The notes below the pieces were generated by a model. That model was not told the DNA's origin. It was given only the letters and a program-made list of their open reading frames with translations, and did no database searches. DNA of 64,000 nucleotides from an uncultured Planctomycetia bacterium (GTDB lineage: Bacteria; Omnitrophota; Gorgyraeia; JABMRN01; RBG-13-46-9), in contig CAZYPU010000004.1 of the NCBI GenBank assembly GCA_964649665.1, forward strand, positions 511 through 64,510, read 5' to 3'. Position numbers and translations under genes: made by a program. Below, one piece after another: positions 38,156 through 48,975 of this stretch; within the stretch, counting starts at the first letter, position 1; the number at the start of each line of letters is the position of its first letter.

Positions 38156-38569
38156 ATGGGCTTGATGCCAAAACGGGTTAAATACCGCAAAGCGCAAAGG
38201 GGCAGAAGAAAAGGAACCAGTTTTGCCGGCTCAGAGCTCAGTTTCGGCGAATATGGCCTTAAAGCCCTGGGCAATACCTGGATCAGGGACCGGCAGATAG
38301 AAGCGGCGCGCGTTGCCCTTATGCGCCATACAAGACGCGGGGGCAAGGTGTGGGTGCGTATTTTTCCCGATAAGCCCGTTACTAAAAAACCGGCTGAAAC
38401 GCGAATGGGAAAAGGCAAAGGCGCGCCCGATCATTGGGTCGCTGTCGTAAAGAAGGGCCGCATACTTTTTGAAATGGAAGGCATTCCCCTTGAGCTTGCG
38501 AGGGATTCGATGCGTTTGGCGGCACATAAACTTCCGATAAGAACGAAATTTGTAGTGAGGTCGCATTAA
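38156..38569 (+). CDS. rplP: 50S ribosomal protein L16
   Basis: [14 protein letters not shown]...MGKGKG. Confidence 0.94.
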   Translation: MGLMPKRVKYRKAQRGRRKGTSFAGSELSFGEYGLKALGNTWIRDRQIEAARVALMRHTRRGGKVWVRIFPDKPVTKKPAETRMGKGKGAPDHWVAVVKKGRILFEMEGIPLELARDSMRLAAHKLPIRTKFVVRSH

Positions 38570-38571
38570 TT

Positions 38572-38775
38572 ATGGGTCTTAAGCCGAACGATATAAGAAA
38601 TATGACCGAAGATGAGATAAATAACAAGATTGCTTCGTTGCGAGAGGAGCTTTTTAAACTGCGGTTTGAGCAGAAAGCCGGCAGGGTCGAAAAGCCTCAC
38701 CGCATAGAAGCGGCAAGGCGGGAAATTGCGCGCTGCTATACAATCTTGGTGGAGAAAAAGAATGAAAAAAAGTAA
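38572..38775 (+). CDS. rpmC: 50S ribosomal protein L29
   Basis: [12 protein letters not shown] motif. Operon position. Confidence 0.9.
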   Translation: MGLKPNDIRNMTEDEINNKIASLREELFKLRFEQKAGRVEKPHRIEAARREIARCYTILVEKKNEKK

Positions 38776-39028
38776 GAAGCGCCACGCGGGAAAAGAGGTC
38801 TTCGGAACTGTCGTAAGCGATAAAATGGACAAGACGATAGTGGTTGAAGTGGGCAGGGTGACGGTGCACCCCATATTTAAAAAGACGATGCGGCGGCGGA
38901 GCAAGGTCAAGGCGCATGATGAAAAGAACTCAGCGAAAACCGGGGACACCGTAAAATTGAGAGAAGCGAGGCCCGTTTCTAAAGACAAGTGCTGGCGCCT
39001 GGCAGGGGTAATCAGGAAAGCGGAATAG
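38762..39028 (+). CDS. rpsQ: 30S ribosomal protein S17
   Basis: Start placed at ATG 38762 ([28 protein letters not shown]); the ORF track starts at 38726. Confidence 0.9.
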   Translation: MKKSKKRHAGKEVFGTVVSDKMDKTIVVEVGRVTVHPIFKKTMRRRSKVKAHDEKNSAKTGDTVKLREARPVSKDKCWRLAGVIRKAE

Positions 39029-39036
39029 TTTAAAAA

Positions 39037-39405
39037 ATGATTAGAATGCAGACAGTACTGGATGTGGCCGATAATACGGGGGCCAAAAAGGCTTCATGTA
39101 TCGGCGTTATCGGGCGTTCCGGAAGGCGGCATGCCGAACTTGGCGATGTGATTACCTGTAATATTAAAGAGGCTACCCCGGAGGCGGCTGTAAAAAAAGG
39201 CGAGGTAGTAAAGGCCGTTATCGTAAGATGTGCTTTTCCGACAAGAAGGCACGATGGCTCCTACTTAAAGTTTGACAGAAACGCGGTAGTTATAATTGAT
39301 GTGCAGGGCAACCCCAGGGGAACGCGAATATTCGGGCCCGTGGCAAGAGAGCTGAGGGAAAAGAACTTTCTTAAAATTGTTTCACTTGCGCCGGAGGTAA
39401 TTTAA
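39037..39405 (+). CDS. rplN: 50S ribosomal protein L14
   Basis: [17 protein letters not shown]. Confidence 0.95.
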   Translation: MIRMQTVLDVADNTGAKKASCIGVIGRSGRRHAELGDVITCNIKEATPEAAVKKGEVVKAVIVRCAFPTRRHDGSYLKFDRNAVVIIDVQGNPRGTRIFGPVARELREKNFLKIVSLAPEVI

Positions 39406-39406
39406 A

Positions 39407-39718
39407 ATGGCAAAGATCAGAAAGGGCGACACAGTTGCGGTTCTCGCCGGCCGGGACAAGGGTAAGACCGGCAAGGTTCTCGCCGTGTTGCCGGTGAGGG
39501 ACGGCGCCATAGTCGAGGGTGTAAATTTCGTGAAAAAACACGCCCGGCGCACCAGGGAAGATGAAAAAGGCGGGATAATATCCAAGGAATCTGTTATACA
39601 CCTCTCCAGTCTCGCGCTTTTCTGTAAAGGGTGCAACCGCCAGACGAAAATAGGCGTTGACGTGCTGAAAGACGGCACGAAGACAAGATTCTGTAAAAGA
39701 TGCAAGGAAGCATTCTGA
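39407..39718 (+). CDS. rplX: 50S ribosomal protein L24 (with CxxC...CxxC pair)
   Basis: MAKIRKGDTVAVLAGRDKGKTGKV. KOW motif. Confidence 0.93.
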   Translation: MAKIRKGDTVAVLAGRDKGKTGKVLAVLPVRDGAIVEGVNFVKKHARRTREDEKGGIISKESVIHLSSLALFCKGCNRQTKIGVDVLKDGTKTRFCKRCKEAF

Positions 39719-40260
39719 TGGCGCCCAGGCTTAAAGAAAAATACAAAAAAGAGATTGTTCCGAAGATGATGGAGCGCTTCGGGTTTAAAAACGCGCTGGA
39801 AGTTCCGCGCATTTCAAAGATCGTGGTAAACGTTGGACTCGGGGAGGCGGTTGCCGACAAGAAACTCCTTGACGTTGTCGTCAAAGAGATGGCGCAGATT
39901 ACCGGCCAAAGGCCCGTTATTACGAAAGCGAAAAAAGCCATTGCCGGATTTAAAATAAGGAAAGACTTGCCTGTCGGCTGCAAGGTGACCCTCCGGCGCG
40001 CGCACATGTATGAATTTCTGGATCGGCTCCTCAACGTGGCACTGCCCAGGATCAGGGACTTCAGGGGCGTGCCTCGGAATTCTTTCGACGGAAGCGCGAA
40101 TTACTCGTTCGGCATTAGCGAACAAGGTATTTTTCCGGAGATAGACACCGACGAAGTCCGGCTGGTGCACGGTATGGACATAACCATCGTGACAACAGCG
40201 AAAAAAAGGGAAGAGGGTTATGAACTTTTGAATCTTTTCGGAACCCCGTTTAAAAGGTGA
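39718..40260 (+). CDS. rplE: 50S ribosomal protein L5
   Basis: Start placed at ATG 39718 (MAPRLKEKYKKEIVP), overlapping the rplX stop. Confidence 0.93.
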   Translation: MAPRLKEKYKKEIVPKMMERFGFKNALEVPRISKIVVNVGLGEAVADKKLLDVVVKEMAQITGQRPVITKAKKAIAGFKIRKDLPVGCKVTLRRAHMYEFLDRLLNVALPRIRDFRGVPRNSFDGSANYSFGISEQGIFPEIDTDEVRLVHGMDITIVTTAKKREEGYELLNLFGTPFKR

Positions 40261-40263
40261 AAA

Positions 40264-40449
40264 GTGGCGAAAAAGTGTCTTGTTGTAAAGGCAAAAAGAA
40301 AAGCAAAATTTAAGGTAAGGGCGTACCACCGCTGCGAACTTTGCGGCCGTAGACGCGGCTACATGCGCAGATTTAAGCTTTGCCGCATATGCTTCAGGGA
40401 ATGTGCCTCAAGAGGCGAAATTCCCGGCATTGTCAAAGCCAGCTGGTAA
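40264..40449 (+). CDS. rpsN: 30S ribosomal protein S14 type Z (zinc-binding, 61 aa)
   Basis: [23 protein letters not shown] start. Confidence 0.92.
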   Translation: MAKKCLVVKAKRKAKFKVRAYHRCELCGRRRGYMRRFKLCRICFRECASRGEIPGIVKASW

Positions 40450-40467
40450 GTTCAAGGAGAGCAATAA

Positions 40468-40866
40468 ATGCCGGTAACTGATCCGATAGCTGATATGCTC
40501 GTGATTGTAAAAAACGGTGTAATGGCGCAGAAGGAAAGCGTTATTGTGAAAGGCTCTAAACTTAACGAGAGCATTCTGGAGATATTAAAGAAAGAAGGAT
40601 TTATCTTAAACCACAAATTCGTCGAGGATAAAAAGCAGGGCACGATCAAGGTATACCTCAAATACGAAAGCGATAAGCGCCCGGCGCTTGCGGGTTTGAG
40701 GCGGGTTTCGAAACCCGGCCTGCGGATTTACGCGAAGAACGACGAGATTAAAAGCGTTTACGGCGGGATAGGCATAGCGCTTATCTCCACATCAAAAGGC
40801 GTTGTAACGGATAGAGAGGCGAGAGAAAAGAAAATCGGCGGGGAAATTCTCTGCGAGATCTGGTAG
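40468..40866 (+). CDS. rpsH: 30S ribosomal protein S8
   Basis: DPIADMLVIVKNG. Confidence 0.94.
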   Translation: MPVTDPIADMLVIVKNGVMAQKESVIVKGSKLNESILEILKKEGFILNHKFVEDKKQGTIKVYLKYESDKRPALAGLRRVSKPGLRIYAKNDEIKSVYGGIGIALISTSKGVVTDREAREKKIGGEILCEIW

Positions 40867-40873
40867 GTGCAAC

Positions 40874-41416
40874 ATGTCACGCATTGGCAAAAAACCGGTT
40901 GATATACCTGGCAATGTAAAGGTTGAGATAAAGGACGGGATAATTTCCGTAGAGGGCCCCAAGGGGCGCCTTGAGTACCGCGCCTCGGGCGGCATAAAGG
41001 TATCGCTGAAAGACAACAAGCTTTTTATCGAGAGGTCGTCCGACGAAAAAAAGGAACGCTCGCTTCACGGGTTGACGCGAGCAATTCTTTCAAACTTCAT
41101 AAAGGGCGTTACGGAAGGATATAAAAAGGAACTGGAGATCAAGGGCGTTGGCTTTAAAGCGCAGATCCAGGCTGAAGGTAAGATGCAGATAATCCTCGGG
41201 TTTTCGCACCCCGTGATATACGCCATTCCGGAAGGCATAACCATAACGACGCCGAAGCCCACGCAGATAGTCCTGACCGGTATCGACAAAGTCAAAGTTG
41301 GCGAGGCAGCGGCCGAGATAAGGGATTACTTCAAGCCTGAGCCCTACACGGGCAAGGGCATTCGCTACGTCGGCGAATACGTCCGCCACAAGGCGGGAAA
41401 AACGGTAACGAAATAA
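40874..41416 (+). CDS. rplF: 50S ribosomal protein L6
   Basis: MSRIGKKPVDIPGNVKV. Confidence 0.94.
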   Translation: MSRIGKKPVDIPGNVKVEIKDGIISVEGPKGRLEYRASGGIKVSLKDNKLFIERSSDEKKERSLHGLTRAILSNFIKGVTEGYKKELEIKGVGFKAQIQAEGKMQIILGFSHPVIYAIPEGITITTPKPTQIVLTGIDKVKVGEAAAEIRDYFKPEPYTGKGIRYVGEYVRHKAGKTVTK

Positions 41417-41502
41417 TGACCCATTCGACGCGGCCGCCTTTGTGGCGGCCTTGCTCAGGGTCATCCCGAGCGGACGCAATCTAAGGCAAGAGGAGTCGGG
41501 GG

Positions 41503-41859
41503 ATGAAGAAAGTAAAAGGCAGAATAAGGCGGCACAAGATTCTTCGCAAGAAAATAATGGGGACGTCCGCCAAACCGCGGCTTTGCGTTTTCAGGAGCGG
41601 CAAGAACCTGTACGCCCAGCTGATAGACGACATAAAGGGGCACACCCTTTTTTCCGCGTCTACAAACGGCAAGACCATTAAAAATAAAGTTCGCTACGGC
41701 GGCAACGTAAAGGCAGCCGCGATTCTGGGGGAAGAATTTGCCAAAGGTGCACAGGAGAAAGGGTTTGCTAAAATAACATTCGACCGCGCCGGTTACCTTT
41801 TCCACGGCCGTGTTAAGGCATTTGCGGAATCAGCGCGGAAAAACGGTCTGATTTTTTGA
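41503..41859 (+). CDS. rplR: 50S ribosomal protein L18
   Basis: [18 protein letters not shown]...[17 protein letters not shown]. Confidence 0.93.
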   Translation: MKKVKGRIRRHKILRKKIMGTSAKPRLCVFRSGKNLYAQLIDDIKGHTLFSASTNGKTIKNKVRYGGNVKAAAILGEEFAKGAQEKGFAKITFDRAGYLFHGRVKAFAESARKNGLIF

Positions 41860-41866
41860 GGTAAAA

Positions 41867-42325
41867 ATGAAAGATGAAACCGGAATAATAGAAAAAGTAG
41901 TAAGCATAAGAAGGGTTGCCAAGGTCGTTAAGGGCGGCAGAAGGTTTTCCTTCAACGTCCTTGTAGTGGCGGGAAACGGTAAGGGTGCAGCCGGCATAGG
42001 TTTCGGGAAGGCGAATGAGATAGCCGCCGCTATAACCAAAGCGCTGAGTAACGCGAAGAAGGCCTTCGTTTCCATACAGATGAAAGGCTCCTCCATACCG
42101 CACGAGGCTATCGGCAAATTCAAGGCCGGCAAGGTTCTTCTTAAACCCGCCGGTCCCGGCACCGGCGTCATAGCCGGCGGTTCGGTACGGGCCCTATGTG
42201 AAGTGTTCGGGATAAAAGACATACTAACAAAATGCCTGGGTTCCAGGAATCCCATAAATACCGTGAAAGCGGCTATGGTTGGACTGCAGGGCCTCAGGCT
42301 CTACAGGACTAGGACTACGCAATGA
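41867..42325 (+). CDS. rpsE: 30S ribosomal protein S5
   Basis: [15 protein letters not shown]...[14 protein letters not shown]. Confidence 0.94.
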   Translation: MKDETGIIEKVVSIRRVAKVVKGGRRFSFNVLVVAGNGKGAAGIGFGKANEIAAAITKALSNAKKAFVSIQMKGSSIPHEAIGKFKAGKVLLKPAGPGTGVIAGGSVRALCEVFGIKDILTKCLGSRNPINTVKAAMVGLQGLRLYRTRTTQ

Positions 42326-42786
42326 AAATACAGGATGTTGGGATGCCAAAAGGCGCCAATCGTTCGCCGAAGAGGGTAGGGCGCGGCTCCGGTTCCGGCC
42401 ATGGAAAGACCTCCGGACGCGGTTCAAAAGGCGCCAAAGCGAGAAAGGGCGGAGCGCTGCGAATAGGTTTTGAAGGCGGACAGATGCCCCTTATGCGGAG
42501 AGTTCCTAAGCGCGGTTTTACCAGCGTAATGAAAAAAGTTTATCAGATCGTGAGCGTTGAACGCCTGAATCATTTCAGGAAGGATTCTTCTGTGGACAAG
42601 GCGGCCATGGAAGAAGCAGGATTTATAAAAAAAGCCGAGTGGCCCGTAAAGGTTCTCGGGGACGGCAATATTTCCAAGCCCCTCAGTGTCTGCGCCGATG
42701 CTTTCTCGGAGAGCGCAAAGAAGAAAATTACCGACGCCGGCGGAAAAACAGAGATATTAAAGAGAGGGGAGCGGGGAAAAAAGTAG
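42322..42786 (+). CDS. rplO: 50S ribosomal protein L15
   Basis: [20 protein letters not shown]. Directly overlaps the rpsE stop, with no L30 gene between them. Confidence 0.93.
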   Translation: MKIQDVGMPKGANRSPKRVGRGSGSGHGKTSGRGSKGAKARKGGALRIGFEGGQMPLMRRVPKRGFTSVMKKVYQIVSVERLNHFRKDSSVDKAAMEEAGFIKKAEWPVKVLGDGNISKPLSVCADAFSESAKKKITDAGGKTEILKRGERGKK

Positions 42787-44133
42787 ATGTTGGGCGCATT
42801 TGTCAATTTGTTCAAAATACCGGACCTAAAGCGAAAGGTCCTGATAACGGCGGGCCTGATCGCTGTTTACAGGGTAGGCGCGTTTATACCAACACCCGGT
42901 ATCGACGGAGCGAAACTGGCGCAATTTTTCGACAATATCGCAAAAACGCAGGGCGGAACCCTTTTCGGAATGATCAACATGTTTTCGGGCGGCGCCATAC
43001 AGAGGCTGACAATTTTTGCGCTGGGAATTATGCCCTATATTTCCGCCTCTATCATTCTCCAGCTTCTTACGGCGGTCGTACCCTCGCTTGAGAGAATTTC
43101 GCGCGAAGGGGAAGAGGGCCGCAAAAAAATTATCCAGTACACGAGGTACGGCACCGTTCTCCTGGCAGTGATACAGTCATTTTTCATAGCACTTTGGCTG
43201 GAAAATCCGGCCAGGTTTCAGGGCATGCAGATCGTGCAGTTCCCCGGCTGGTGGTTTCGGGTCCTCACGGTGATAACCCTTACGAGCGGGACGGCTTTTA
43301 TAATGTGGCTTGGTGAACAGATCCAGGAATACGGCATAGGAAACGGCATATCGCTTATAATCACCGCCGGTATCGTCTCGAGGATACCCGCGGCGATAAG
43401 CCAGCTTGCTCAACTGGTAAGTTTCGGCGCGCCTCTAAAGGCGCAGATACAGCCTTTTACGCTTCTTTTTATGGGGGCAATGCTTATCGGCGTTGTTCTG
43501 GCGGTAGTGGCGATTACGCAGGGCCAACGAAAGATTCCCATTCAATACGCCAAGAGGGTCGTCGGCAGAAAAATTTACGGCGGACAAAGTACATATATAC
43601 CTCTTCGCGTGAATCAGGCCGGCGTTATTCCGATTATATTCGCGCAAAGCATAATTCTTTTCCCCGCCACAATAGCGGGGCTCATACCGAGCGCGGCAGT
43701 GCAGAATATCGCCTCCATGCTTACGAGGGAGACATTTGTCTACAATATTGTTTACTCGCTTTTGATTATCTTTTTCTGTTATTTTTATACCGCGATAACC
43801 TTTAATCCCATCGATATCTCGAACAACATGAAAAGGTTTGGAGGATTTGTTCCGGGAATCAGGCCCGGAAAGCAAACCGCGGAGTATCTCGATTTTATCA
43901 TGACAAGAATTACCCTGCCGGGCGCGGTATTCCTGTCAATTATTGCGGTTCTCCCAAGCATCATCTCCCGCTCGCTCAAAATTCCGTATCTTGTGGCCAG
44001 CTTTTTCGGCGGCACAGGGCTCTTAATTATAGTAGGAGTGATGCTGGACACGGTGAGGCAGATAGAATCACACCTTCTTGTCAGGCACTACGAAGGATTT
44101 ATGAAAAAAGGGCGTATCAGGGGGAGGAAGTAA
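42787..44133 (+). CDS. secY: preprotein translocase subunit SecY
   Basis: 448 aa, multi-pass membrane protein. FALGIMPYISASII motif. Confidence 0.95.
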   Translation: MLGAFVNLFKIPDLKRKVLITAGLIAVYRVGAFIPTPGIDGAKLAQFFDNIAKTQGGTLFGMINMFSGGAIQRLTIFALGIMPYISASIILQLLTAVVPSLERISREGEEGRKKIIQYTRYGTVLLAVIQSFFIALWLENPARFQGMQIVQFPGWWFRVLTVITLTSGTAFIMWLGEQIQEYGIGNGISLIITAGIVSRIPAAISQLAQLVSFGAPLKAQIQPFTLLFMGAMLIGVVLAVVAITQGQRKIPIQYAKRVVGRKIYGGQSTYIPLRVNQAGVIPIIFAQSIILFPATIAGLIPSAAVQNIASMLTRETFVYNIVYSLLIIFFCYFYTAITFNPIDISNNMKRFGGFVPGIRPGKQTAEYLDFIMTRITLPGAVFLSIIAVLPSIISRSLKIPYLVASFFGGTGLLIIVGVMLDTVRQIESHLLVRHYEGFMKKGRIRGRK

Positions 44134-44136
44134 CCC

Positions 44137-44793
44137 TTGAATATTGTGTTGTTAGGGCCTCCGGGCGCCGGCAAGGGAACTCAGGCAAGGGTTCTCTGCG
44201 AGAAGTTCGGATTTTTACACGTCTCAACGGGCGATATGCTGAGAGAAGCAGTGAAAAACGGGACAAAAATCGGGGAAGAAGCGAAAGCATATATGCAGAG
44301 GGGCGAACTCGTGCCGGATGAAATCGTTACCACCATTGTAACCGGGCGCATTTCCCGGGTCAAGAAAGGGACGCCTTTTCTGCTGGACGGGTTCCCGAGG
44401 AATGAAGCGCAAGCAGGCGAGCTCGATCGCGCCCTCGAAAAAATTAAAAAAAATCTTGATATGGTTTTATACCTTAAAACATCGCCTCAGGTTTCGATTG
44501 AGCGGCTTTCCGGAAGGCGCGTCTGCGTACGCTGCGGCGCGAACTTCCACACAAAGAATATGCCTCCCAGGAAAGAAAGTATCTGCGATTATTGCGGCGG
44601 CGAGCTTGTCCATAGGGCGGATGACAGGGAAGAAACGGTTAAAAAACGGCTCACGGTATATGAGAATGAAACGAAATCACTTATCGATTATTACAGAAAA
44701 AAAGGCATACTGCAGGAGGTTTCAGGCGACCTCGATGTTCAGCGGCTTTTCAGGGAAATAAAAAACCTTTTCTCGAAAGAGAGGGTTGGATAG
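44137..44793 (+). CDS. adk: adenylate kinase (zinc lid)
   Basis: TTG start. MNIVLLGPPGAGKGTQ. CVRCG...CDYCGG lid. Confidence 0.94.
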   Translation: MNIVLLGPPGAGKGTQARVLCEKFGFLHVSTGDMLREAVKNGTKIGEEAKAYMQRGELVPDEIVTTIVTGRISRVKKGTPFLLDGFPRNEAQAGELDRALEKIKKNLDMVLYLKTSPQVSIERLSGRRVCVRCGANFHTKNMPPRKESICDYCGGELVHRADDREETVKKRLTVYENETKSLIDYYRKKGILQEVSGDLDVQRLFREIKNLFSKERVG

Positions 44794-44798
44794 GCGCG

Positions 44799-45542
44799 AT
44801 GGCAACGATTTTATCGGATATTCAGCGGGGGCTTATCAGGGAAGCGGGCGCGATTTTAAAAGAGTGCATGGATAGCCTGGCGAAAGGGGTGAAGCCCGGC
44901 GTCAGCACAAAGTCGCTTGAGCGAAAGGTCGACGAGTTTATCGCCTCGCGCCGCGCCAAAGCGGCTTTTCGCGGCTACAAGGGCTTTCCCTCCAGCATAT
45001 GTTCGTCACGAAATGAGGTCATCGTGCACGGCATACCGCGGGAAGACGAAATCCTGAAAAACGGCGACATTATAAGCATAGATATCGGGATAAAATACAA
45101 GGGTTATTGTACCGATTGCGCCAGGACTTTCGCGGTAGGAAAAATCTCCGACGAAGCCCGGCGCCTGGTTTCAGTAACAAAAGAATCCCTCGATAGGGGT
45201 ATAAGAATGGCAAAAACGGGCAATCACGTTCAGGATATATCCTGGGCGATACAGTCATTCGTCGAATCCAACGGCTTTAGTGTCGTGCGGGCATTTGTAG
45301 GCCACGGTATAGGCGCGAAAATCCATGAAGAACCGGAAATTCCGAACTTCGGCAGGGCGAATAGGGGTACGGTTCTTGAGGACGGGATGGCGCTGGCGAT
45401 AGAGCCGATGGTAAACGCCGGCACGCCAGATGTTAAGATCATGGACGACGGCTGGACGGCCGTGACGAAAGACGGGCGTCTTTCGGCGCACTTTGAAGAC
45501 ACGGTTATCGTAAACGGCGAAAAACCGGAGATTATAACATGA
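44799..45542 (+). CDS. map: type I methionine aminopeptidase
   Basis: [30 protein letters not shown] motifs. Confidence 0.93.
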   Translation: MATILSDIQRGLIREAGAILKECMDSLAKGVKPGVSTKSLERKVDEFIASRRAKAAFRGYKGFPSSICSSRNEVIVHGIPREDEILKNGDIISIDIGIKYKGYCTDCARTFAVGKISDEARRLVSVTKESLDRGIRMAKTGNHVQDISWAIQSFVESNGFSVVRAFVGHGIGAKIHEEPEIPNFGRANRGTVLEDGMALAIEPMVNAGTPDVKIMDDGWTAVTKDGRLSAHFEDTVIVNGEKPEIIT

Positions 45543-45757
45543 GTTCGAAAGAAGAAGGCGTTATTGTAGAGGGGAAGGTCCTGGAAACGCTGCCAAACGC
45601 GATGTTCAGGATAGAGATCGAGAACGGCCATAAGATACTTGCGCATGTTTCCGGAAAAATGCGAATGCATTTTATAAGAATTCTGCCGGAGGACAGGGTG
45701 ACCGTGGAGCTTTCGCCTTATGACCTGGCCCGCGGAAGAATTATACGTAGGGGGTAA
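45539..45757 (+). CDS. infA: translation initiation factor IF-1
   Basis: [33 protein letters not shown]. Confidence 0.95.
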   Translation: MSSKEEGVIVEGKVLETLPNAMFRIEIENGHKILAHVSGKMRMHFIRILPEDRVTVELSPYDLARGRIIRRG

Positions 45758-45762
45758 CGGAC

Positions 45763-45876
45763 GTGAAGGTAAGATCCAGCGTAAAGAAAATATGTTCCAA
45801 GTGTAAAGTTATAAGACGAAAAGGCGTTTTGAGGGTCATCTGTAAAGACCCTAAACACAAACAGAGGCAAGGGTAG
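45763..45876 (+). CDS. rpmJ: 50S ribosomal protein L36 (not in ORF track; 37 aa)
   Basis: Hand translation from GTG 45763: [37 protein letters not shown], stop TAG 45874-45876. Canonical position between infA and rpsM. Confidence 0.9.
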   Translation: MKVRSSVKKICSKCKVIRRKGVLRVICKDPKHKQRQG

Positions 45877-45880
45877 ACAT

Positions 45881-46285
45881 ATGCCGAGAATAGTGGGAAT
45901 TGACATACCAAAAGAAAAAAGAGTGGAGATCGCGTTGACGTATATCCGCGGCATAGGTCGCTCGACTTCGAATAAAATCTTAAAAAGCGCCGGTATAAAC
46001 CCGGGCACGCGTGCCAAGAATCTCTCGGAAGAAGAAGTTTCGCGCATAACCCGAACGATACAGAAAGACTGCAAGGTCGAGGGTGATCTGAGGCGCGAAG
46101 TTTCCGCAAATATCAAGCGCCTGATGGAGGTCGGTTCGTATAGGGGCTTCAGGCACAGGAGAAGCTTGCCAGTAAGGGGACAGAGGACCCAGACCAACGC
46201 CAGAACCCGCAAGGGCCCGAGAAAGACCGTAGGCGTCACACGCGCCCAGAAACAAACCACGGTGCCTGTTAAACAAGAAGGTTAA
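45881..46285 (+). CDS. rpsM: 30S ribosomal protein S13
   Basis: [26 protein letters not shown]. Confidence 0.95.
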   Translation: MPRIVGIDIPKEKRVEIALTYIRGIGRSTSNKILKSAGINPGTRAKNLSEEEVSRITRTIQKDCKVEGDLRREVSANIKRLMEVGSYRGFRHRRSLPVRGQRTQTNARTRKGPRKTVGVTRAQKQTTVPVKQEG

Positions 46286-46286
46286 A

Positions 46287-46676
46287 ATGCAGAAGAAAAA
46301 AGTAAAAACGAAGAAAAAGATTACAAAAAATGTCCCGAAAGCGATAGCCCATATACTGGCTACATTTAACAACACGCTAGTGACAATCACCGACCCCAAG
46401 GGCGATACGTTATGCTGGGCCTCGACGGGAACGGTTGGTTTTAGCGGATCCAAGAAATCGACTCCCTTCGCAGCCGGCCTCGCCGCGGAAAACGCGGCCA
46501 GGAAAGCCAGGGATTTCGGAGTGAGAGAATTAGAGGTTTTAATAAAAGGTCCCGGCTCGGGCCGGGAAAGCGCTATCAGGAGCCTGCAGGGCGCCGGTTT
46601 GGCTATAAGGTCAATAAAGGACGTAACGCCCATACCGCACAACGGCTGCAGGGCGCCGAAGCGGCGAAGGGTTTAA
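46287..46676 (+). CDS. rpsK: 30S ribosomal protein S11
   Basis: [26 protein letters not shown]. Confidence 0.95.
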   Translation: MQKKKVKTKKKITKNVPKAIAHILATFNNTLVTITDPKGDTLCWASTGTVGFSGSKKSTPFAAGLAAENAARKARDFGVRELEVLIKGPGSGRESAIRSLQGAGLAIRSIKDVTPIPHNGCRAPKRRRV

Positions 46677-46691
46677 AGAAAAGGAGCGGGG

Positions 46692-47318
46692 ATGGCACGG
46701 GAAACAGACGCAAAATGCAAGCTCTGTCGCGCATACGGCGAGAAACTGTTTATTAAGGGGACCAAGTGCAATACGGAAAAGTGCCCGGCAGCAAAAAGGC
46801 CTTACAGGCCGGGGCAGCACGGAAAGCGGAGAAGAAAGGAATCCAACTATGGCATGCAGCTTCGCGAAAAACAGAAGGCCAAGAGAATTTATGGGCTGCT
46901 TGAGCGGCAGTTCAAGAGATACTTCAAGCTTGCCGAAAAAGCCAGGGGTGTAACGGGTCATATACTGCTTCAGTTCCTGGAGAGACGGCTGGACAATGTT
47001 GTTTTCAGGCTTTGTTTTGCGTATTCACGCTCACAGGCACGGCAGCTGGTCGGTCATAACCATGTTTACGTTAACAGCAGAAAAGTTAATATCCCTTCGT
47101 ACATCGTTAAAAAGGGGGACACCGTGGAAATGAAGGGAAAAGAAAAAATGATAAAAAAAATAATCGAAATACGCAAGGAGTTAAAGGAAAGGATTGTCCC
47201 GAAATGGCTCGAAAGCGAAAAGGAGCTCTTGAAGGGCTCCGTCAAGCGGCTTCCCGAAAAAGATGATTTGGATTTCTCGATTCAGGAACAGGCAATCGTT
47301 GAATTGTATTCTAAATAA
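46692..47318 (+). CDS. rpsD: 30S ribosomal protein S4
   Basis: CKLCRAYGEKLFIKGTKC...YGMQLREKQK. Confidence 0.94.
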   Translation: MARETDAKCKLCRAYGEKLFIKGTKCNTEKCPAAKRPYRPGQHGKRRRKESNYGMQLREKQKAKRIYGLLERQFKRYFKLAEKARGVTGHILLQFLERRLDNVVFRLCFAYSRSQARQLVGHNHVYVNSRKVNIPSYIVKKGDTVEMKGKEKMIKKIIEIRKELKERIVPKWLESEKELLKGSVKRLPEKDDLDFSIQEQAIVELYSK

Positions 47319-47363
47319 GTAGCATTTTTTTCTCACGTTACAAAAAAAGGGGGGGGTTTATCG

Positions 47364-48350
47364 ATGGGGGTTAAACTCAGAAATTTTGAAATGCCTAAAA
47401 AGCTGACTTGCGAGGAGTCTAGCTTTACGCCGACATACGGCAAGTTTACAGCCGAACCGTTTGAACGGGGCTACGGCATGACCATAGGGAATTCCTTAAG
47501 GCGCGTGCTCATATCTTCCATAGAGGGCACAGCTGCGACTTCAGTCAAAATTGAGGGCGTCGCGCACGAGTTCTCTACGATTAAAGGCGTTGTTGAGGAT
47601 GTCCCTCAGATCATGCTTAATATCAAAAAACTCATCCTGAGGTCACATTTTAAAAACCCGAAGTCCATGTTTCTTAAAGTCGATAAGAAAGGCGCCGTTA
47701 CGGCCAAAGATTTCAAGACGGATGAGACCGTCGAAATCCTGAATCCGGGCCTTCACATCGCTATGCTTACAAAGAAGACGAAACTGGAAATGCAGCTCGA
47801 GATATCGCGCGGCAGAGGATATGTCCCGGCGGAAAAGAACAAAAAGGAAAACGCACCTATCGGGATCATACCGCTTGACGCCGTATTTTCGCCCGTAAAG
47901 AGGGTCAGTTTTTCCGTAATCAATACGCGCGTCGGGCAGATAACCGATTACGACAAGCTGATCCTGGAAATATGGGCAAACGGAAGCCTTGATCCGAAAG
48001 AGGCGCTTCTCTACGCCTCCAACATACTTCAGCGCCACCTCGATATCTTCGTGGAATTCGGGGAGATCCCGGAGGAAATCATCGAGGAAGAGGAATCCAA
48101 GGAAGAAAAAGAACTCCAGGAAAAACTAAAAATGCCCATCACGGAACTTGAGCTTTCCGTGCGCAGCTCCAATTGCCTGCGCGACGCCAAGATAAAAACG
48201 ATCGGCGACCTTGCGAGAAGGAGCGAGATGGAGATGTTGAAATACAGGAACTTCGGGAAGAAGTCGCTGACGGAAATCAACAAAATACTGGGCGAGATGG
48301 GGCTTCAACTCGGCGCGCTCGCAGATAAAAAAGAAGAAAAGAAAAAATGA
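47364..48350 (+). CDS. rpoA: DNA-directed RNA polymerase subunit alpha
   Basis: FTAEPFERGYGMTIGNSLRRVLISS. C-terminal domain ELSVRSSNCLRDAKI. Confidence 0.95.
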   Translation: MGVKLRNFEMPKKLTCEESSFTPTYGKFTAEPFERGYGMTIGNSLRRVLISSIEGTAATSVKIEGVAHEFSTIKGVVEDVPQIMLNIKKLILRSHFKNPKSMFLKVDKKGAVTAKDFKTDETVEILNPGLHIAMLTKKTKLEMQLEISRGRGYVPAEKNKKENAPIGIIPLDAVFSPVKRVSFSVINTRVGQITDYDKLILEIWANGSLDPKEALLYASNILQRHLDIFVEFGEIPEEIIEEEESKEEKELQEKLKMPITELELSVRSSNCLRDAKIKTIGDLARRSEMEMLKYRNFGKKSLTEINKILGEMGLQLGALADKKEEKKK

Positions 48351-48955
48351 GGCACGGAAAAAGAAGAACGAGATTCGGCAGACAATCCGCGCATCGCATA
48401 GCTACGTTAAAGTCGCTCGCAAAAGCTGTGTTTTTGCACCAGCGGATAAAGACAACGCGCACAAAGGCGAAAGAGGCCTCTCGTCTTATCGAAAGCCTGA
48501 TTACGCTGGCGAAAAAAAATTCTCTCGCAGCGCGCAGGAAGGCGTTCTCCGTCCTTGGCGACAACGCCCTGGTACGAAAACTTTTCAGAGAAATAGCACC
48601 GCTTTTTTCCGGTAGAAAAAGCGGGTATACACGGATAATACCCTTTAACTTCCGCAAGGGCGACGGCGCAAGCGTTGTTTTTCTGGAGCTGACGGAAAAG
48701 AAACCTGAAGAAAAGAAAAAGCCCGATAAAAAAACGGCCAAAGGTGTCAAAAAACCTGAGAAGGCCGAGAAGGCCGCACCCGCAAAACCCGAACGCCCCA
48801 CCGCGGTCCCGGAAGCAGCGTCGAGGGTAAAAGAGGAAAAGGCCGAGAAGGAAGTCAAGAAGGAAAGGGTGAAAAGGGAAGACAGGAAAATCGAAAAGCA
48901 GAAGGGCTTCCTCAAAAAAGTCCGCGGCTTCTTCCGCCGTAAGACCAATATGTAA
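48347..48955 (+). CDS. rplQ: 50S ribosomal protein L17 with long K/E/P-rich C-terminal extension
   Basis: MRHGKRRTRFGRQSAHR. 202 aa, compared with ~120-130 aa for typical L17. Confidence 0.92.
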   Translation: MRHGKRRTRFGRQSAHRIATLKSLAKAVFLHQRIKTTRTKAKEASRLIESLITLAKKNSLAARRKAFSVLGDNALVRKLFREIAPLFSGRKSGYTRIIPFNFRKGDGASVVFLELTEKKPEEKKKPDKKTAKGVKKPEKAEKAAPAKPERPTAVPEAASRVKEEKAEKEVKKERVKREDRKIEKQKGFLKKVRGFFRRKTNM

Positions 48956-48975
48956 CTCTCCTTACGCACCCACCC

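Noticed and set aside
42639-43091. 150-aa alternative-frame ORF over the rplO/secY junction
   Set aside because: It overlaps two well-supported genes in another frame, with Arg/Gly-rich shadow sequence.
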